Virus record (IMG/VR): IMGVR_UViG_3300049847_000494
Location: 68,977-132,976 of that record
Direction: 5' to 3' (one strand)
Origin: a virus
DNA: 64,000 nucleotides
Position 1 is the stretch's first letter, and each line of letters begins with the position of its first letter. Below, in pieces: positions 18,601 through 28,502 of this stretch. Below the pieces are notes generated by a model, which was not told the origin of the DNA, searched no databases, and was given only the letters and a program-made list of their open reading frames with translations. Both the position numbers and the translations under genes were made by a program.

Positions 18601-21127
18601 CAGGATCAGTAGCTACAGCTGCTGTTGAAGCTGCTTTAACTGCAGCATTATTAGTACCATCAGTTATTTTAGATCTTTGAGTTCCACCCGTTAAAGTAGC
18701 ATCTAAGGCTAACCCATTAGTGGTACCAATGTTAGCTGTAACAGTACCTGAAATTGGCTGTGTAACACCAGACCCATCTACTTTCAAGGCTACCATACTG
18801 GCTATACCTTGAATAGTAATAACGTCAGTAGATGCTGTTCCTGCCGTACCTAATGCAGGTTGTTTTGCTGATGTAGAAGCACCTGCAGGTAGAGGTAAGG
18901 AAGAAGCCGATATAGCTATTGTACTCTGATCTGAAGCTATTACTATGGGAGTACTATTAGCCATGGTCTTTTGACCAAGGGTATTAATCCTTCCAGTAAA
19001 TGTAGAATCAGCTAACCTGGAAGCTAAGGTTGTCTCTGTAGCCGCACCTGTAGGTAAAGGTAAGGATGAAGCTGTTATAGCTACTGAGTTATTAGGGCTT
19101 ATAGATACTACAAGAGCAGGATCAGTAGCTGCCGCTGCTGTTGAAGCTGCTTTAACTGCAGCGTTGTTAGTACCATCCGTTATTTTACTACGCTGCGTAC
19201 CACCTGTTAAAGTTGCATCTAAAGCTAGACCATTAGTTGTACCAATATTAGCTGTTACTATACCAGTTACAGGTTGAGTAGTAGTACCTGTAGGATCAAT
19301 TCTTAGCGGATCTGCCGATGTACCAGCTTCTACTGTACCACCAGAAGCTGACTTTCTTAGTATCGCTCCTAATACATACTGGGTACCAGCCCCAGTATCA
19401 CCATCAAATACTCGGATACTTTGAAGGTTAGTACCATCAGATCCACCGATTTGTGTGGATGAGCCTGGTATAGCAGAGTTATTGCTGCCTACTGATGGGT
19501 TAGTTGCAGTTACAGTACCCGTTACCGTAATAGCAGACTGATCGCTAGAGATAACTACGGGGGTACTATTAGCCATGGTCTTTTGACCAAGGGTATTAAT
19601 CCTTCCAGTAAATGTAGAATCAGCTAACCTGGAAGCTAAGGTTGTCTCTGTAGCCGCACCTGTAGGTAAAGGTAAGGATGAAGCTGTTATAGCTACTGAG
19701 TTATTTGGACTAATAGCTACTACAAGAGCAGAGTCACCTGCTACAGCAGCGGTAGAAGCTGCTTTAACAACGGCTGTATTTGTCCCATCTGTAATCTTTT
19801 CAAAAATAGCCCTACCAACTGTATCACCAGTCGGCATGGTATTAGTACCGTCCGTTACACGAACAGTCCAATAACCTGATAAAGCTGCGGCTGTCCCTTG
19901 AGCAGCAGTTACAACATCTGAACTTGTAAGGGCACGTATAGCAGTAGGATCTTTAGCTACACCACCGTGATATATTTGAATATCAAGAGCTTGATGGTCA
20001 GCTCCTTCAGCAGTACTGGTTACATCAGCTGCTGTTGTTGCACCTTTAGCTCCACCACGGACTATAGATTTTTGTGTACCTCCTGTTAAAGTAACATCAA
20101 GAGCTAAGCCGTTAGTTGTACCAATATTAGCTGTAACTGTACCATCTACTGTTAAACTACCGCCATTATCGGTAACCGGGATAGCTGTTTGGTTGCTTGC
20201 TATAACTACAGGATAAGATGCTGCCATGGTGGCTTGACCAGCAGCTAATGTCTTGGTATTAATTGCAGATAGTGTGGTCTCTGTAGCTGCACCTGTAGGT
20301 AGAGGTAAGCTTGAAGCTGATATAGCTACTGTATTATTAGGTGATATAGCTACAACTAACGCCTGATCTCCTGCTACAGCTGCTGTTGATGTTGCTTTAA
20401 CAGTAACGGTATTAGTACCATCAGTGATTCTGGAAGTTTGAGTACCTCCAGTTAAGGTAGCATTAAGAGCTAAACCATTAGTTGTACCGATATTAGCAGT
20501 AATAGTACCGTCTACAGTTAAGCTACCACCCCCATCACTTACAGGTTGAATAGTAGTACCTGTTGGATCTATTCTGAGTGGATCAGCTGATGTACCAGCT
20601 TCTACGGTACCACCAGAAGCTGACTTCCTTAATATAGCCCCCAGTACATACTGAGTACCCGCACCGGTATCACCATCAAATACCCGAATACTTTGTAGAT
20701 TGGTACCATCAGATCCACCGATTTGTGTAGAAGACCCTGGTATAGTAGAATTATTAGTACCTATTGATGGACTTGTCGTATTTACGCTACTATTTGGACT
20801 AATAGTGACTACAAGAGCAGTGTCCCCAGCTACAGGTGCAGTACTGGCAGCTTTGACAGTAATTGTATTAGTACCATCCGTAATTCTGGTAGTTTGCGTA
20901 CCACCAGTCAATGTAGCATTAAGAGCTAAACCATTAGTTGTACCAATATTAGCTGTAAGTGTACCATCAATAGTGATTGAACCACCACCATCACTTATAG
21001 GAACAAGTGATTGATCAGTAGCTATGACAACAGGAAGAGAAGCTGTTGCTGTGCTTTGCCCCAAGGGGATGGGATTACCATCAGCATCAGATATAGTAAC
21101 AGGTTGGAATGTGGTTCCTATTGACAT
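15665..21127 (-). CDS. Long modular Thr/Ala/Gly/Ser-rich fibre or adhesin protein (1820 aa)
   Basis: Built from shuffled repeat modules (TANIGTTNGLAL..., GSDGTNLQSIRVFDGD... x5, LPLPTGAATETTL) with a unique C-terminal domain. Confidence 0.7.
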   Translation of the reverse strand: MSIGTTFQPVTISDADGNPIPLGQSTATASLPVVIATDQSLVPISDGGGSITIDGTLTANIGTTNGLALNATLTGGTQTTRITDGTNTITVKAASTAPVAGDTALVVTISPNSSVNTTSPSIGTNNSTIPGSSTQIGGSDGTNLQSIRVFDGDTGAGTQYVLGAILRKSASGGTVEAGTSADPLRIDPTGTTIQPVSDGGGSLTVDGTITANIGTTNGLALNATLTGGTQTSRITDGTNTVTVKATSTAAVAGDQALVVAISPNNTVAISASSLPLPTGAATETTLSAINTKTLAAGQATMAASYPVVIASNQTAIPVTDNGGSLTVDGTVTANIGTTNGLALDVTLTGGTQKSIVRGGAKGATTAADVTSTAEGADHQALDIQIYHGGVAKDPTAIRALTSSDVVTAAQGTAAALSGYWTVRVTDGTNTMPTGDTVGRAIFEKITDGTNTAVVKAASTAAVAGDSALVVAISPNNSVAITASSLPLPTGAATETTLASRLADSTFTGRINTLGQKTMANSTPVVISSDQSAITVTGTVTATNPSVGSNNSAIPGSSTQIGGSDGTNLQSIRVFDGDTGAGTQYVLGAILRKSASGGTVEAGTSADPLRIDPTGTTTQPVTGIVTANIGTTNGLALDATLTGGTQRSKITDGTNNAAVKAASTAAAATDPALVVSISPNNSVAITASSLPLPTGAATETTLASRLADSTFTGRINTLGQKTMANSTPIVIASDQSTIAISASSLPLPAGASTSAKQPALGTAGTASTDVITIQGIASMVALKVDGSGVTQPISGTVTANIGTTNGLALDATLTGGTQRSKITDGTNNAAVKAASTAAVATDPALVVAISPNNTVAVTQSGTWTNAVTQATASNLNATIVGLGTAGTPSGGVVSIQGVSGGQTVPISGTVTATNPSVSTNNSTIPGSSTQMGGSDGTNLQSIRVFDGDTGAGTQYVLGAILRKSASGGTVEAGTSADPLRIDPTGTTTQPISAASLPLPTGAATETTLASRLADSTFTSRINTLGQKTMANSTPVVIASDQSSFTVTANIGTTNGLALNATLTGGTQTTRVTDGTNTAAVKAASTAAVAADPALVVAISPNSSITATNPSVSTNNSAIPGSSTQIGGSDGTNLQSIRVFDGDTGAGTQYVLGAILRKSASGGTVEAGTSADPLRIDPTGTTTQPVSAASLPLPTGAATSANQTIIGNQTTKLNDGTNTAAVKAASTAPVATDPALVVAISPNSSLTATNPSVSTNNVAIPGSSTQIGGSDGTNLRSIRVFDGDTGAGTQYVLGAIIRKSASGGTVEAGTSTDPLRIDPTGTTTQPITGTVTANIGTTNGLALDATLTGNNQRTRITDGTTLVAVKAASTAAVAADPALVVAISPNNPIVASNPSVSATGSAPPAQATSIGGSVTTAAPSYTTGQLNFLSLTTTGNLRVDGSSVTQPVSAASLPLPTGAATETTLTAINTKTLAAGQATMAASSPVVIASNQTAIPVTDNGGSLTVDGTVTANQGTAAALSGNWPVRVTDGTNAMPTGDAVSRAIFYQISDGTTGPVAVKAASTAPVVGDRALVVVLSPNQPAIPTTTSPLNSTPLLSMGDVALSSVTTAAIRRTAYTEQTTNFTGSVSSNNAADAAAGTGMRSLRITWMDSTGATVGTEDVTLNGTTPVNLVTTTKCFIDKIEGLTWGTGGANAGIISLFTGAAGGGTLVGTIAATDNRTFWAHHYIQSGKTGNVTSVFHGNNSTVSGGTSVAVLKRKNIVANSGEVQISDFIRISGAVNSLPRNYGSVVQVTGPARIVMYVTTSSATSITYTGSFDSYDA
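18951..19705. repeat. 143-bp exact direct repeat inside the fibre gene (18951-19093 and 19563-19705)
   Basis: Identical nucleotide blocks 612 bp apart. Confidence 0.8.
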
Positions 21128-21456
21128 TAGCTAAACTCAACACCGAAAATATTAAAAGAAACAGTAGCTGTATCAGAATACACATTTAAAACATCAGTAG
21201 CTGCTAAAGTGATCCCTAAGGTAAAAGCTGACATACTGGTTTTAAGTATAGGTACATCATATAGTATGTACTGTTTTTGAGACAAAGCAGCGCCTGCTAC
21301 AGCAATAGATATACGACATTTTATTGTCGCATTTGTTGGATTACACACAGTAATAGTAGATATAGTAGTTGAAGTACTAGCAGGTACAGTATAAATTGCG
21401 GTTAGCGTAGCGGCTGCTGGAGCAGACTGCGCTAAAACTTTGAAAACTTCAGCCAC
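21127..21456 (-). CDS. Putative small virion structural protein
   Basis: All-beta pattern (IYTVPAST..., ITLAATDVLNV); coupled to the fibre gene. Confidence 0.5.
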   Translation of the reverse strand: MAEVFKVLAQSAPAAATLTAIYTVPASTSTTISTITVCNPTNATIKCRISIAVAGAALSQKQYILYDVPILKTSMSAFTLGITLAATDVLNVYSDTATVSFNIFGVEFS

Positions 21457-21915
21457 CTAAGACCCCATTAGTAAAAAATGTCGACGATAAGCTCTATCAC
21501 CCAACTTAGAATCAATATCTTTTAAAAGAGCTTGAACAGTTAAACCAGTAACCTGTGTGAATGTAGTTGAATCTACACCAACTCTTAGTGCCCCAGCTTT
21601 ATTTTTAAAGCCAGCACTACCACCTGTTGATGTAGCTATAGGAGTAGAAACGGTAAAAGTCTGATCTGTAACTATAGAGGCTACTGTATATGTACCATCT
21701 GCGCCGCCTGTAGTACCTGAAATAACTACTATGTCACCAACTTCAATAGGATCATCACCATAAATTATACTAAAAGACCCGTTTACTGTTACCAGGTTTG
21801 TACCTGTTGTAGTAGAGACTAATGTAATACCAGTACGATAAAAAGCTGATCCTGTAGAAGCTAACTCAATAGCATCTACAAGGTCTATGTCTTTTATATC
21901 ATCTTTAGTAATCAT
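21457..21915 (-). CDS. Putative virion structural protein
   Basis: VGDIVVISG..GADGTYTV motif, similar to a segment of the 730-aa protein (VGRYITIVG..ANDGSF). Confidence 0.5.
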   Translation of the reverse strand: MITKDDIKDIDLVDAIELASTGSAFYRTGITLVSTTTGTNLVTVNGSFSIIYGDDPIEVGDIVVISGTTGGADGTYTVASIVTDQTFTVSTPIATSTGGSAGFKNKAGALRVGVDSTTFTQVTGLTVQALLKDIDSKLGDRAYRRHFLLMGS

Positions 21916-21920
21916 TCTAT

Positions 21921-22412
21921 CTATTTCTTTTTACTAGATTTAATGAAATTAACACCTGGAGGTAACTTTATATTAGCCTCTGCTTTAGTTGATTCTAAGA
22001 TTTCAGGAGTAATCACTGTATCAACAGCTAAAACTTTTTGTAATTGAGATTTCGTAAAAGATTCTTCAAAATTCTGCTGTGTTGCAGCAAAAGCTTCACG
22101 TTCTTCCTTCTCAGCAAGCATACGTGCTTCTTCAACTAACCTATTATTTTCTTGATTTACAAAAGCTGCTACTATATTAACAAGAAGGTCACCCATATCG
22201 TTGCAAGCCTTGACACGACCACGTTCTTCACCTAACATACTAGTCAAGCGCTCTATTTCAGATAGAGATTTTTGTTTATTACTTTCAATACCATTCAATA
22301 TTTGAATAAGTTGTTGTTGGAATAATTCAGGATTAACTAACCCAAGCCGGGTAGATTCAGTAAGCTGATTCCGTAACTCTATGAGACGCTCTTTATAACT
22401 TTTATCTGCCAT
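21921..22412 (-). CDS. Coiled-coil hypothetical protein
   Basis: Helical, Glu/Lys/Leu-rich. Confidence 0.5.
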   Translation of the reverse strand: MADKSYKERLIELRNQLTESTRLGLVNPELFQQQLIQILNGIESNKQKSLSEIERLTSMLGEERGRVKACNDMGDLLVNIVAAFVNQENNRLVEEARMLAEKEEREAFAATQQNFEESFTKSQLQKVLAVDTVITPEILESTKAEANIKLPPGVNFIKSSKKK

Positions 22413-22439
22413 AACATAAGCCTTTTTAAAATGTAGAAA

Positions 22440-22670
22440 CTATTTTTTAGCTATCTGATTCGCAACAATCAAACAATGCTCACAATAAATCCCATGATGT
22501 TTTACATCTAACAAGGAGCCACTGACTTTTATAAATCTCATTTTTTGATAAACGTCACCTACCCTTATAACAGAAGCCGCAGTATGTCCTGATTTACACC
22601 AAAGATTATTTGGATAAGCTAAATCACCAGGATTTATTACAACTTGTGTAAGGGTAGGTTTATAATGCAT
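22440..22670 (-). CDS. Small putative zinc-binding protein
   Basis: CKSGH...CEHC. Confidence 0.45.
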   Translation of the reverse strand: MHYKPTLTQVVINPGDLAYPNNLWCKSGHTAASVIRVGDVYQKMRFIKVSGSLLDVKHHGIYCEHCLIVANQIAKK

Positions 22671-24862
22671 TACTGAACAATAAAGTAGTTGATGTGATAT
22701 TTACTATCAATTTTCTGATAAGGTGTAAAGCTTGTTGTACTCGTTTCCGCGTAGTTATTATCACCTGTAATAGGTCCTGGATCCCAGAGTAAGCCTCTAA
22801 CATATAGATAGAGGTTGGCACCGTTATTCGTACCATCAAGTGTATAAGTATTACCACCAGGTAATGTTCTAGCGACACCAGCGCTATTTTGAGATGTTAG
22901 ACGTTCAATAACTCGCGTAATATTTGAAGCTGAAATAGCACTGGATAGTGCTTGCAGGCTTGCCGTTATTGATTGACCATCTGTAAGTATGGATCCTGTG
23001 TAATCTCTATTACCAATCTGTGTATTAAGAGCGTTGAAAGCTTCGGTGACTGAAGGGGTGGAATCTAAAGTAGAGAAAACATAAAAATTGGTTTTATTAG
23101 TTAATCCTGTTAGTGAGGTATCACCTGCAGAAGTTCCTAATATAGAGCTGAATGTATAGAGACCTTGTGAAAGACCTGCGTCACCAATTAGGTTATTTAC
23201 TAAAGTAACTCGACCTGCCGTTTCCGACATAAGGTCCATACGTTCGCGATAACCATAGTAAAGATCTACTAAGAGTGGCTGTCCTTGTTCCCAAGTATAA
23301 GCTATAGATGTAGATAGAGCCGCACCTGGTGCTACCTTACGGAAGGCAACAACAACGCTATTAGGTTCTGTCGCACCTGTTGAAATAGTTCGACCATAAA
23401 TGCGATAACCTGCATGGGTAGTACCACCTGACATACCTGTAACTGTAAAATTAGCGTTAGCAACTGTTTCTGTAATAGAAATATTACCAAAAGTGCCAGG
23501 TACGTTATTAGTTAGATTAATAACAGTAGTACCACCAGACATACCAGTTACGATAAATCCAGCATTAGCTACAGTCTCCGTAATAGTGACGTTACCTGCA
23601 TAACCAGCAAGGTCATTGACCAAACTAACTAAAGCAGCACCGCCGTTAGAAGCTGTAATATTAAGAGTAGGTGCTCCGTTTACAGCAGTTATGATACTAT
23701 CACGAATGGTATTAGCAGAATCACCACCAGTAAATGTCACCGCTCGGAGTGTAGCTGTTTGAACTACGGAAGAGTTGCTATCGAACTCAAAAGTAACAGC
23801 AGGATTTACACCATCATTAAGGACAAAAGTCTCACCATCAACAATGCCAGCGCCTGATATAGTAGTTATACTACCTGTTGCAGCTACATCCAGACCATTT
23901 ACAGCTCTAATATTAATAGTAGGTGAATTAGTTATAGCTGCAATAATAGAAGTACGAATGGTATTAGCAGAATCACCACCCGTAAAGGTCACAGCTCGGA
24001 GCGTAGCTGTTTGAACTACGGAAGAGTTGCTATCGAACTCAAAAGTAACAGCAGGATTTACACCATCATTAAGGACAAAAGTCTCACCATCAATAAACTG
24101 TGAGCCTTTTATTATAGAAAGTGTACCCGTAGCCTTACCTGACACTAACATTGAGGAGTTAGTATTAGTAGTATCAATAATGTCTACATAAGTAGAATCA
24201 TGATTTCCTGCATCGTAACCATCAAATACAGGAACACCTGTAGTATCTACAGCGTCGGAATGAGGCAAATTACCTGTATCTGTAACTAGTTGAGATGTGG
24301 TCCCATTAACTAGAACCTGACCACGATAAAGTCTTGTATTAACAATAGCTTTAGCGTCTAATGTTTTACCAGCTATATTGCTTAGGTTAGCATCTACGTT
24401 AGTACCAACCGCTGTTGGGCGCTGATAAGTTGGGATAGCTGTAACGTGTGAGGCTGTCCCTTTAATAAGTTTACGATCTGTACGGGCAAAGTTAATATCA
24501 TCTTCAAGACTATAAGGATCCCTTACTGTATACGTACCAGTGAAAGCTTCAGCTACACCAGCAGCATTTTGATAAGTAATAACAGTACTGCTTGTAAACG
24601 CTGATATAAGGAAGGAGCCATCATTAGCTCCAGTAGTAGCTCCTACAATAGTAATATAACGACCAACATCCTGTGCTGTGAATGTGGCACCTGCATCTGT
24701 TAGCGTCATATCAGGTGCAGTACCACCAATAGTATCACCGGTACCAGAGGCAGTTGTTGTACCAAAATTAGAACTTTCGTCTATTAAAGTTCTAGTGTTA
24801 CTTACATTTATACTTCCCTTTATATCAAGCTGTTGATCAAGGGCATTAGGTCTTACTGGCAT
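22670..24862 (-). CDS. Virion structural or fibre protein with an internal duplication
   Basis: Thr/Gly-rich; duplicated DGETFVLNDGVNPAVTFEFD domain. Confidence 0.6.
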   Translation of the reverse strand: MPVRPNALDQQLDIKGSINVSNTRTLIDESSNFGTTTASGTGDTIGGTAPDMTLTDAGATFTAQDVGRYITIVGATTGANDGSFLISAFTSSTVITYQNAAGVAEAFTGTYTVRDPYSLEDDINFARTDRKLIKGTASHVTAIPTYQRPTAVGTNVDANLSNIAGKTLDAKAIVNTRLYRGQVLVNGTTSQLVTDTGNLPHSDAVDTTGVPVFDGYDAGNHDSTYVDIIDTTNTNSSMLVSGKATGTLSIIKGSQFIDGETFVLNDGVNPAVTFEFDSNSSVVQTATLRAVTFTGGDSANTIRTSIIAAITNSPTINIRAVNGLDVAATGSITTISGAGIVDGETFVLNDGVNPAVTFEFDSNSSVVQTATLRAVTFTGGDSANTIRDSIITAVNGAPTLNITASNGGAALVSLVNDLAGYAGNVTITETVANAGFIVTGMSGGTTVINLTNNVPGTFGNISITETVANANFTVTGMSGGTTHAGYRIYGRTISTGATEPNSVVVAFRKVAPGAALSTSIAYTWEQGQPLLVDLYYGYRERMDLMSETAGRVTLVNNLIGDAGLSQGLYTFSSILGTSAGDTSLTGLTNKTNFYVFSTLDSTPSVTEAFNALNTQIGNRDYTGSILTDGQSITASLQALSSAISASNITRVIERLTSQNSAGVARTLPGGNTYTLDGTNNGANLYLYVRGLLWDPGPITGDNNYAETSTTSFTPYQKIDSKYHINYFIVQ
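23702..24093. repeat. About 140-bp near-identical direct repeat (23702-23841 and 23954-24093)
   Basis: Copies 252 bp apart with few synonymous differences. Confidence 0.8.
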
Positions 24863-24891
24863 AACTTTCCTTTATGGAAATTATTTTTGTA

Positions 24892-26094
24892 TTAAGCCGG
24901 AAGGTAATCAGCTTCTAAGTTTGAATAAGAATTAGGTGAGAAGGACAATAAATACACTGAATCATAACCAGTACCTGACCCACCACTTTCAAAAGGGATA
25001 TACTCGCCACCAGTAACCCCTCCTGTAAAAGACTGACGTAACTTTCTTCCATTATGATGGACCACAATAGTTTCACCTAATAAACTATCATGTATAAAAT
25101 TATCAGTAGTAAAAAATAATCTATTTATACTATTCTTTATACCAGAAAGCTGTATACCGTATTTTCGAGTTATACCTGTACACAGAGTAACTGTGATAGA
25201 ACCTAATAAAGCTGATTGACTTCGGGATATAACCGAGTTACTATCCCGAATAGCATCTATATCACCTGATCCAGCTACTGTATTTGTAGATAGTTTAGAA
25301 CATTTAGTAGCCGCTATTTCCGCTATTTCACCTGCATCTACACGCAACAAATAACCAGTAGATGATGCAGGATTTACTAAAGAGCCCTCTAAAACTAAAT
25401 CTACTTGACCTGTTGACCCAGATACTTTACGGATTAAATCACCCGTAGATAACATGGTAATTTTACTGTTTATAAACTGAACAAAGCTATCTAAAGCACC
25501 GGAAACAGTAATTAAAGGGGATGCATTATCAAATAATAAGTTAAGATTTATAAATCTTAAGGAATTATTAGCTAATGTAACTCCATTTTCTATTTTTACG
25601 GTTGGTTGGCTATTACCTAAACCTTCTAATATAACACCACTAAAGTCATAAGATCCAGGCGGTATAGAAACAATACCACCTGGAGCTAATGAATCATCAA
25701 TGATTACAATTCCACCACCATTAGCAACTAACTGTGGGTATAAAGTTGCCCATGTCGAGAATACAATATTATTAGGGTAAGTAACTAAAGATCCTGGTCT
25801 TAGTATAAAAAAACCAGCTGTAGCTGACCCTGTAGACCCTACTGCATCTGATATGAGACGCTTAATGTCAGCAAGAGTTACATATTCAGCGTCATCATCT
25901 TCAATCTCTAATGTATTGAAGACGTTAAATTCGATTAGACCTTGCTCTTGAAGACTTACTAAAGATGTTCTTAAATTCTCTACTTGCTCAACTTTTACGA
26001 AAACAGTCCTAATACCCTCCATAGGTACTAAACCTAAAACACCATCAAATACAATCCAATCTTTAGTTAGATTTTTTACTCTTAACCAAGGCAT
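24892..26094 (-). CDS. Putative virion protein with a beta-helix-like region
   Basis: GGGIVII...IPPGSY cap followed by short beta repeats. Confidence 0.5.
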   Translation of the reverse strand: MPWLRVKNLTKDWIVFDGVLGLVPMEGIRTVFVKVEQVENLRTSLVSLQEQGLIEFNVFNTLEIEDDDAEYVTLADIKRLISDAVGSTGSATAGFFILRPGSLVTYPNNIVFSTWATLYPQLVANGGGIVIIDDSLAPGGIVSIPPGSYDFSGVILEGLGNSQPTVKIENGVTLANNSLRFINLNLLFDNASPLITVSGALDSFVQFINSKITMLSTGDLIRKVSGSTGQVDLVLEGSLVNPASSTGYLLRVDAGEIAEIAATKCSKLSTNTVAGSGDIDAIRDSNSVISRSQSALLGSITVTLCTGITRKYGIQLSGIKNSINRLFFTTDNFIHDSLLGETIVVHHNGRKLRQSFTGGVTGGEYIPFESGGSGTGYDSVYLLSFSPNSYSNLEADYLPA

Positions 26095-26130
26095 TTAAAT
26101 TGCTTCCAACCTAGCTGGTTAAGTTTAAAG

Positions 26131-26898
26131 TTACATACTTATTAAAGTGAGCGACCTATAGGTCCCTCTAATAACACCTTCAGAAACTTTCCAATACAAT
26201 GACAGCTTATCCCCTGCTACTAGTTCAGTAGATAAAGAAGAATATATGGAAGTTAAAGAGTCATTTATTCGTAACCAGCTCCGTTCTGAATTTTGGTAAA
26301 TTTTATCGTTAGAATCAGATCCTAATCTACCTACTGCGACGTTACCCTTAGATGCAACAGGGCTATAAACACCAATTTCAGCTAAAATCAACCACATACC
26401 TGATGAGGGTATAGTAACTTCAGTACCATTAATAGGTTCGTAGCTATTCCGAGACATAGAAACAGCATTAGAAGAATCTACACGGAGAATAGTTGCGTTA
26501 GGTTTAGTTGCAGCTAAATTAGCACTTAGCTTTAAAACTAAAGATTCTAAAACTTCTATTTTAACTTGTAGTGAGGCTTCTAACCCTAATAAACGTGAAT
26601 CAATTTCTGAAGACGCCGTATCTAACTCTGTACGTAAAAGAATAATATCTTCTTTTGACGTATTTGGTAACTCAGGTATTGTTATAGAAGAAATTTCAGT
26701 TTTAGAAGAAGGCTTATCATCTTGATCTGTATGATACGATATAAGACCTTTAGCCTTCATTAAATCTAGATGGTATTTCAGAGATTCAAAGGTGACCGTT
26801 GTAATCTCTAAAACTTGTTTTGCATAAGGACCCAAATTAGGAATCCCACCGATGAGAGGGAACTCCCCAGCAGTATTATTAATCAATACTATTCTCAT
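26131..26898 (-). CDS. Putative short fibre (coiled coil plus C1q/BclA-like beta-sandwich tip)
   Basis: Heptad region followed by VTIPSSGMWLI...LVAGDKLSL. Confidence 0.5.
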   Translation of the reverse strand: MRIVLINNTAGEFPLIGGIPNLGPYAKQVLEITTVTFESLKYHLDLMKAKGLISYHTDQDDKPSSKTEISSITIPELPNTSKEDIILLRTELDTASSEIDSRLLGLEASLQVKIEVLESLVLKLSANLAATKPNATILRVDSSNAVSMSRNSYEPINGTEVTIPSSGMWLILAEIGVYSPVASKGNVAVGRLGSDSNDKIYQNSERSWLRINDSLTSIYSSLSTELVAGDKLSLYWKVSEGVIRGTYRSLTLISM

Positions 26899-26933
26899 TA
26901 CAGCTCCCTCTTAAAATCTTTTACAAGTAAATT

Positions 26934-27344
26934 TTAGCGTCGAGACCTCTTTTTAGGCGTGGAAGTTACAGCATCTAAGGATGCTTCTGTAGAGCTTAGG
27001 TCCGAATCAACTACTGGATCAGATTCAACTACCGGCTCAACTACCGGCTCAACTACCGGCTCAACTACCGGCTCAACTACCGGCTCAACTACCGGCTCAA
27101 CTACCGGCTCAACTACCGGCTCAACTACCGGCTCAACGGCGACTGATGAAACTTCTGCGATCGTAGAGAGTATGGATACAGATATAAAGCCAGCAGCTTC
27201 TAACTTAGATAAATCATTAGATACAGCAAGAAAACTTTTATCACTAATAGTTTCTGTTTTTGCTTTACCTGCTCCGATAGAACCAAAAGGGTTAGGTAAC
27301 GTAAAATTACCACGTGAAAGATTTACCACAGTAACTAAAGGCAT
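26934..27344 (-). CDS. Protein with a VEPV repeat stalk
   Basis: AGGAG RBS; (VEPV)n; basic C-terminus. Confidence 0.6.
   Translation of the reverse strand: MPLVTVVNLSRGNFTLPNPFGSIGAGKAKTETISDKSFLAVSNDLSKLEAAGFISVSILSTIAEVSSVAVEPVVEPVVEPVVEPVVEPVVEPVVEPVVEPVVEPVVESDPVVDSDLSSTEASLDAVTSTPKKRSRR
27025..27137. repeat. 12-bp perfect tandem repeat (TCAACTACCGGC x9 plus a partial copy)
   Basis: Directly visible. Confidence 0.95.
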
Positions 27345-27362
27345 GTTATAGTCTCCTAATTT

Positions 27363-28502
27363 TTAGATTAAACCTATACGAGAAAGTAATGGAAGTATCT
27401 GTGAGGATCCGCCTAAGCCTCTAGAAACAGGTACTACAAGACTTGTCAAACCATAATCATAAGGACGTGTAGCTAAATGACCTACGTTACCTCTACGTAA
27501 CCAACTTTTCTTAGTTTTAGGTAATTCTGTTTTAATATAATCACCTAACTTAGCTATAGCATCATTATAAGTAGCTGTACGATCTACATTTAATGATATA
27601 GTCTGACCTGTGAAATCAAACTTAAGTTCACCTTCAGAAATAAATTGAGCCTGTAATGCCCACCAAGCTGAGGCTGCTATAAGAAATGTATCAAAGCCAC
27701 CAATAGCAGGAATACTACCAAAAGCCCAACTTGTAAGCGGTGTGACACTATTTATAATATCTAAACCTCGAAGGAAATACTCATACATATCAGAGTCGCT
27801 ATAAGCTTGAACATGGCCTTCTTTTTTCTGAGCTTTATCAATTAGCATACGTAAGGAAGGTTGAAAAAACCAAAAATGGTTTTCAGGTACTCTGATTTGT
27901 TGTACAAAGCTTTGAGCTGGTGAAATGGGTGTTTCTCGGATTTTCCATGTAGCTATGTATTTTCCAACACCAAGTTCTGAAGTGTCAGCATAATAAGTAT
28001 TATAACCATCCATAATTATTTTGGTGGGTATATAAGTCTCTGTTACACCAGAGATATCCATTAAAGATACTGATATCTCAGAAGGTTCTGAGGATAACTT
28101 CAGAAATAAGCGCTCAGAAGTATTATTTTGAGTTAAATTTGTATAAGCTCTCTCTTCTGATGAAGCCACGACATTATCTATAATAGAAAAAGTAGAAGTT
28201 TTATCTACTTGTCTTCCACCAGGTGTCAGAAAAAACCAATTTATTTTCCAAGCTGTATTACTAGAGGACAACTCAGCATCAGCAGGAACAAACCAATTAT
28301 ATCGATAACGACCTTGACCTAATGAAGTAGCAACACCTTGCTGTATAATCTCCTCAGAAGGAGAAACAATTGAAACAGCCGGGTAAGAGGAATCAATAGG
28401 GATTAGGGGATCACCAGAATCATCTAAAAATAACTGTTCAAAAACAGTATTAACGCCCCTAACCGCTTTTTGCGGAAAATTTCCCATAACATTAAATAAC
28501 AC
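27363..28502 (-). CDS. Putative head-tail adaptor/neck protein
   Basis: N-terminal Ig-like domains (GRYRYNW, GKYIATW); helical C-terminus (SDSDMYEYF..., FDFTGQTISLNVDR). Confidence 0.45.
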   Translation of the reverse strand: MLFNVMGNFPQKAVRGVNTVFEQLFLDDSGDPLIPIDSSYPAVSIVSPSEEIIQQGVATSLGQGRYRYNWFVPADAELSSSNTAWKINWFFLTPGGRQVDKTSTFSIIDNVVASSEERAYTNLTQNNTSERLFLKLSSEPSEISVSLMDISGVTETYIPTKIIMDGYNTYYADTSELGVGKYIATWKIRETPISPAQSFVQQIRVPENHFWFFQPSLRMLIDKAQKKEGHVQAYSDSDMYEYFLRGLDIINSVTPLTSWAFGSIPAIGGFDTFLIAASAWWALQAQFISEGELKFDFTGQTISLNVDRTATYNDAIAKLGDYIKTELPKTKKSWLRRGNVGHLATRPYDYGLTSLVVPVSRGLGGSSQILPLLSRIGLI

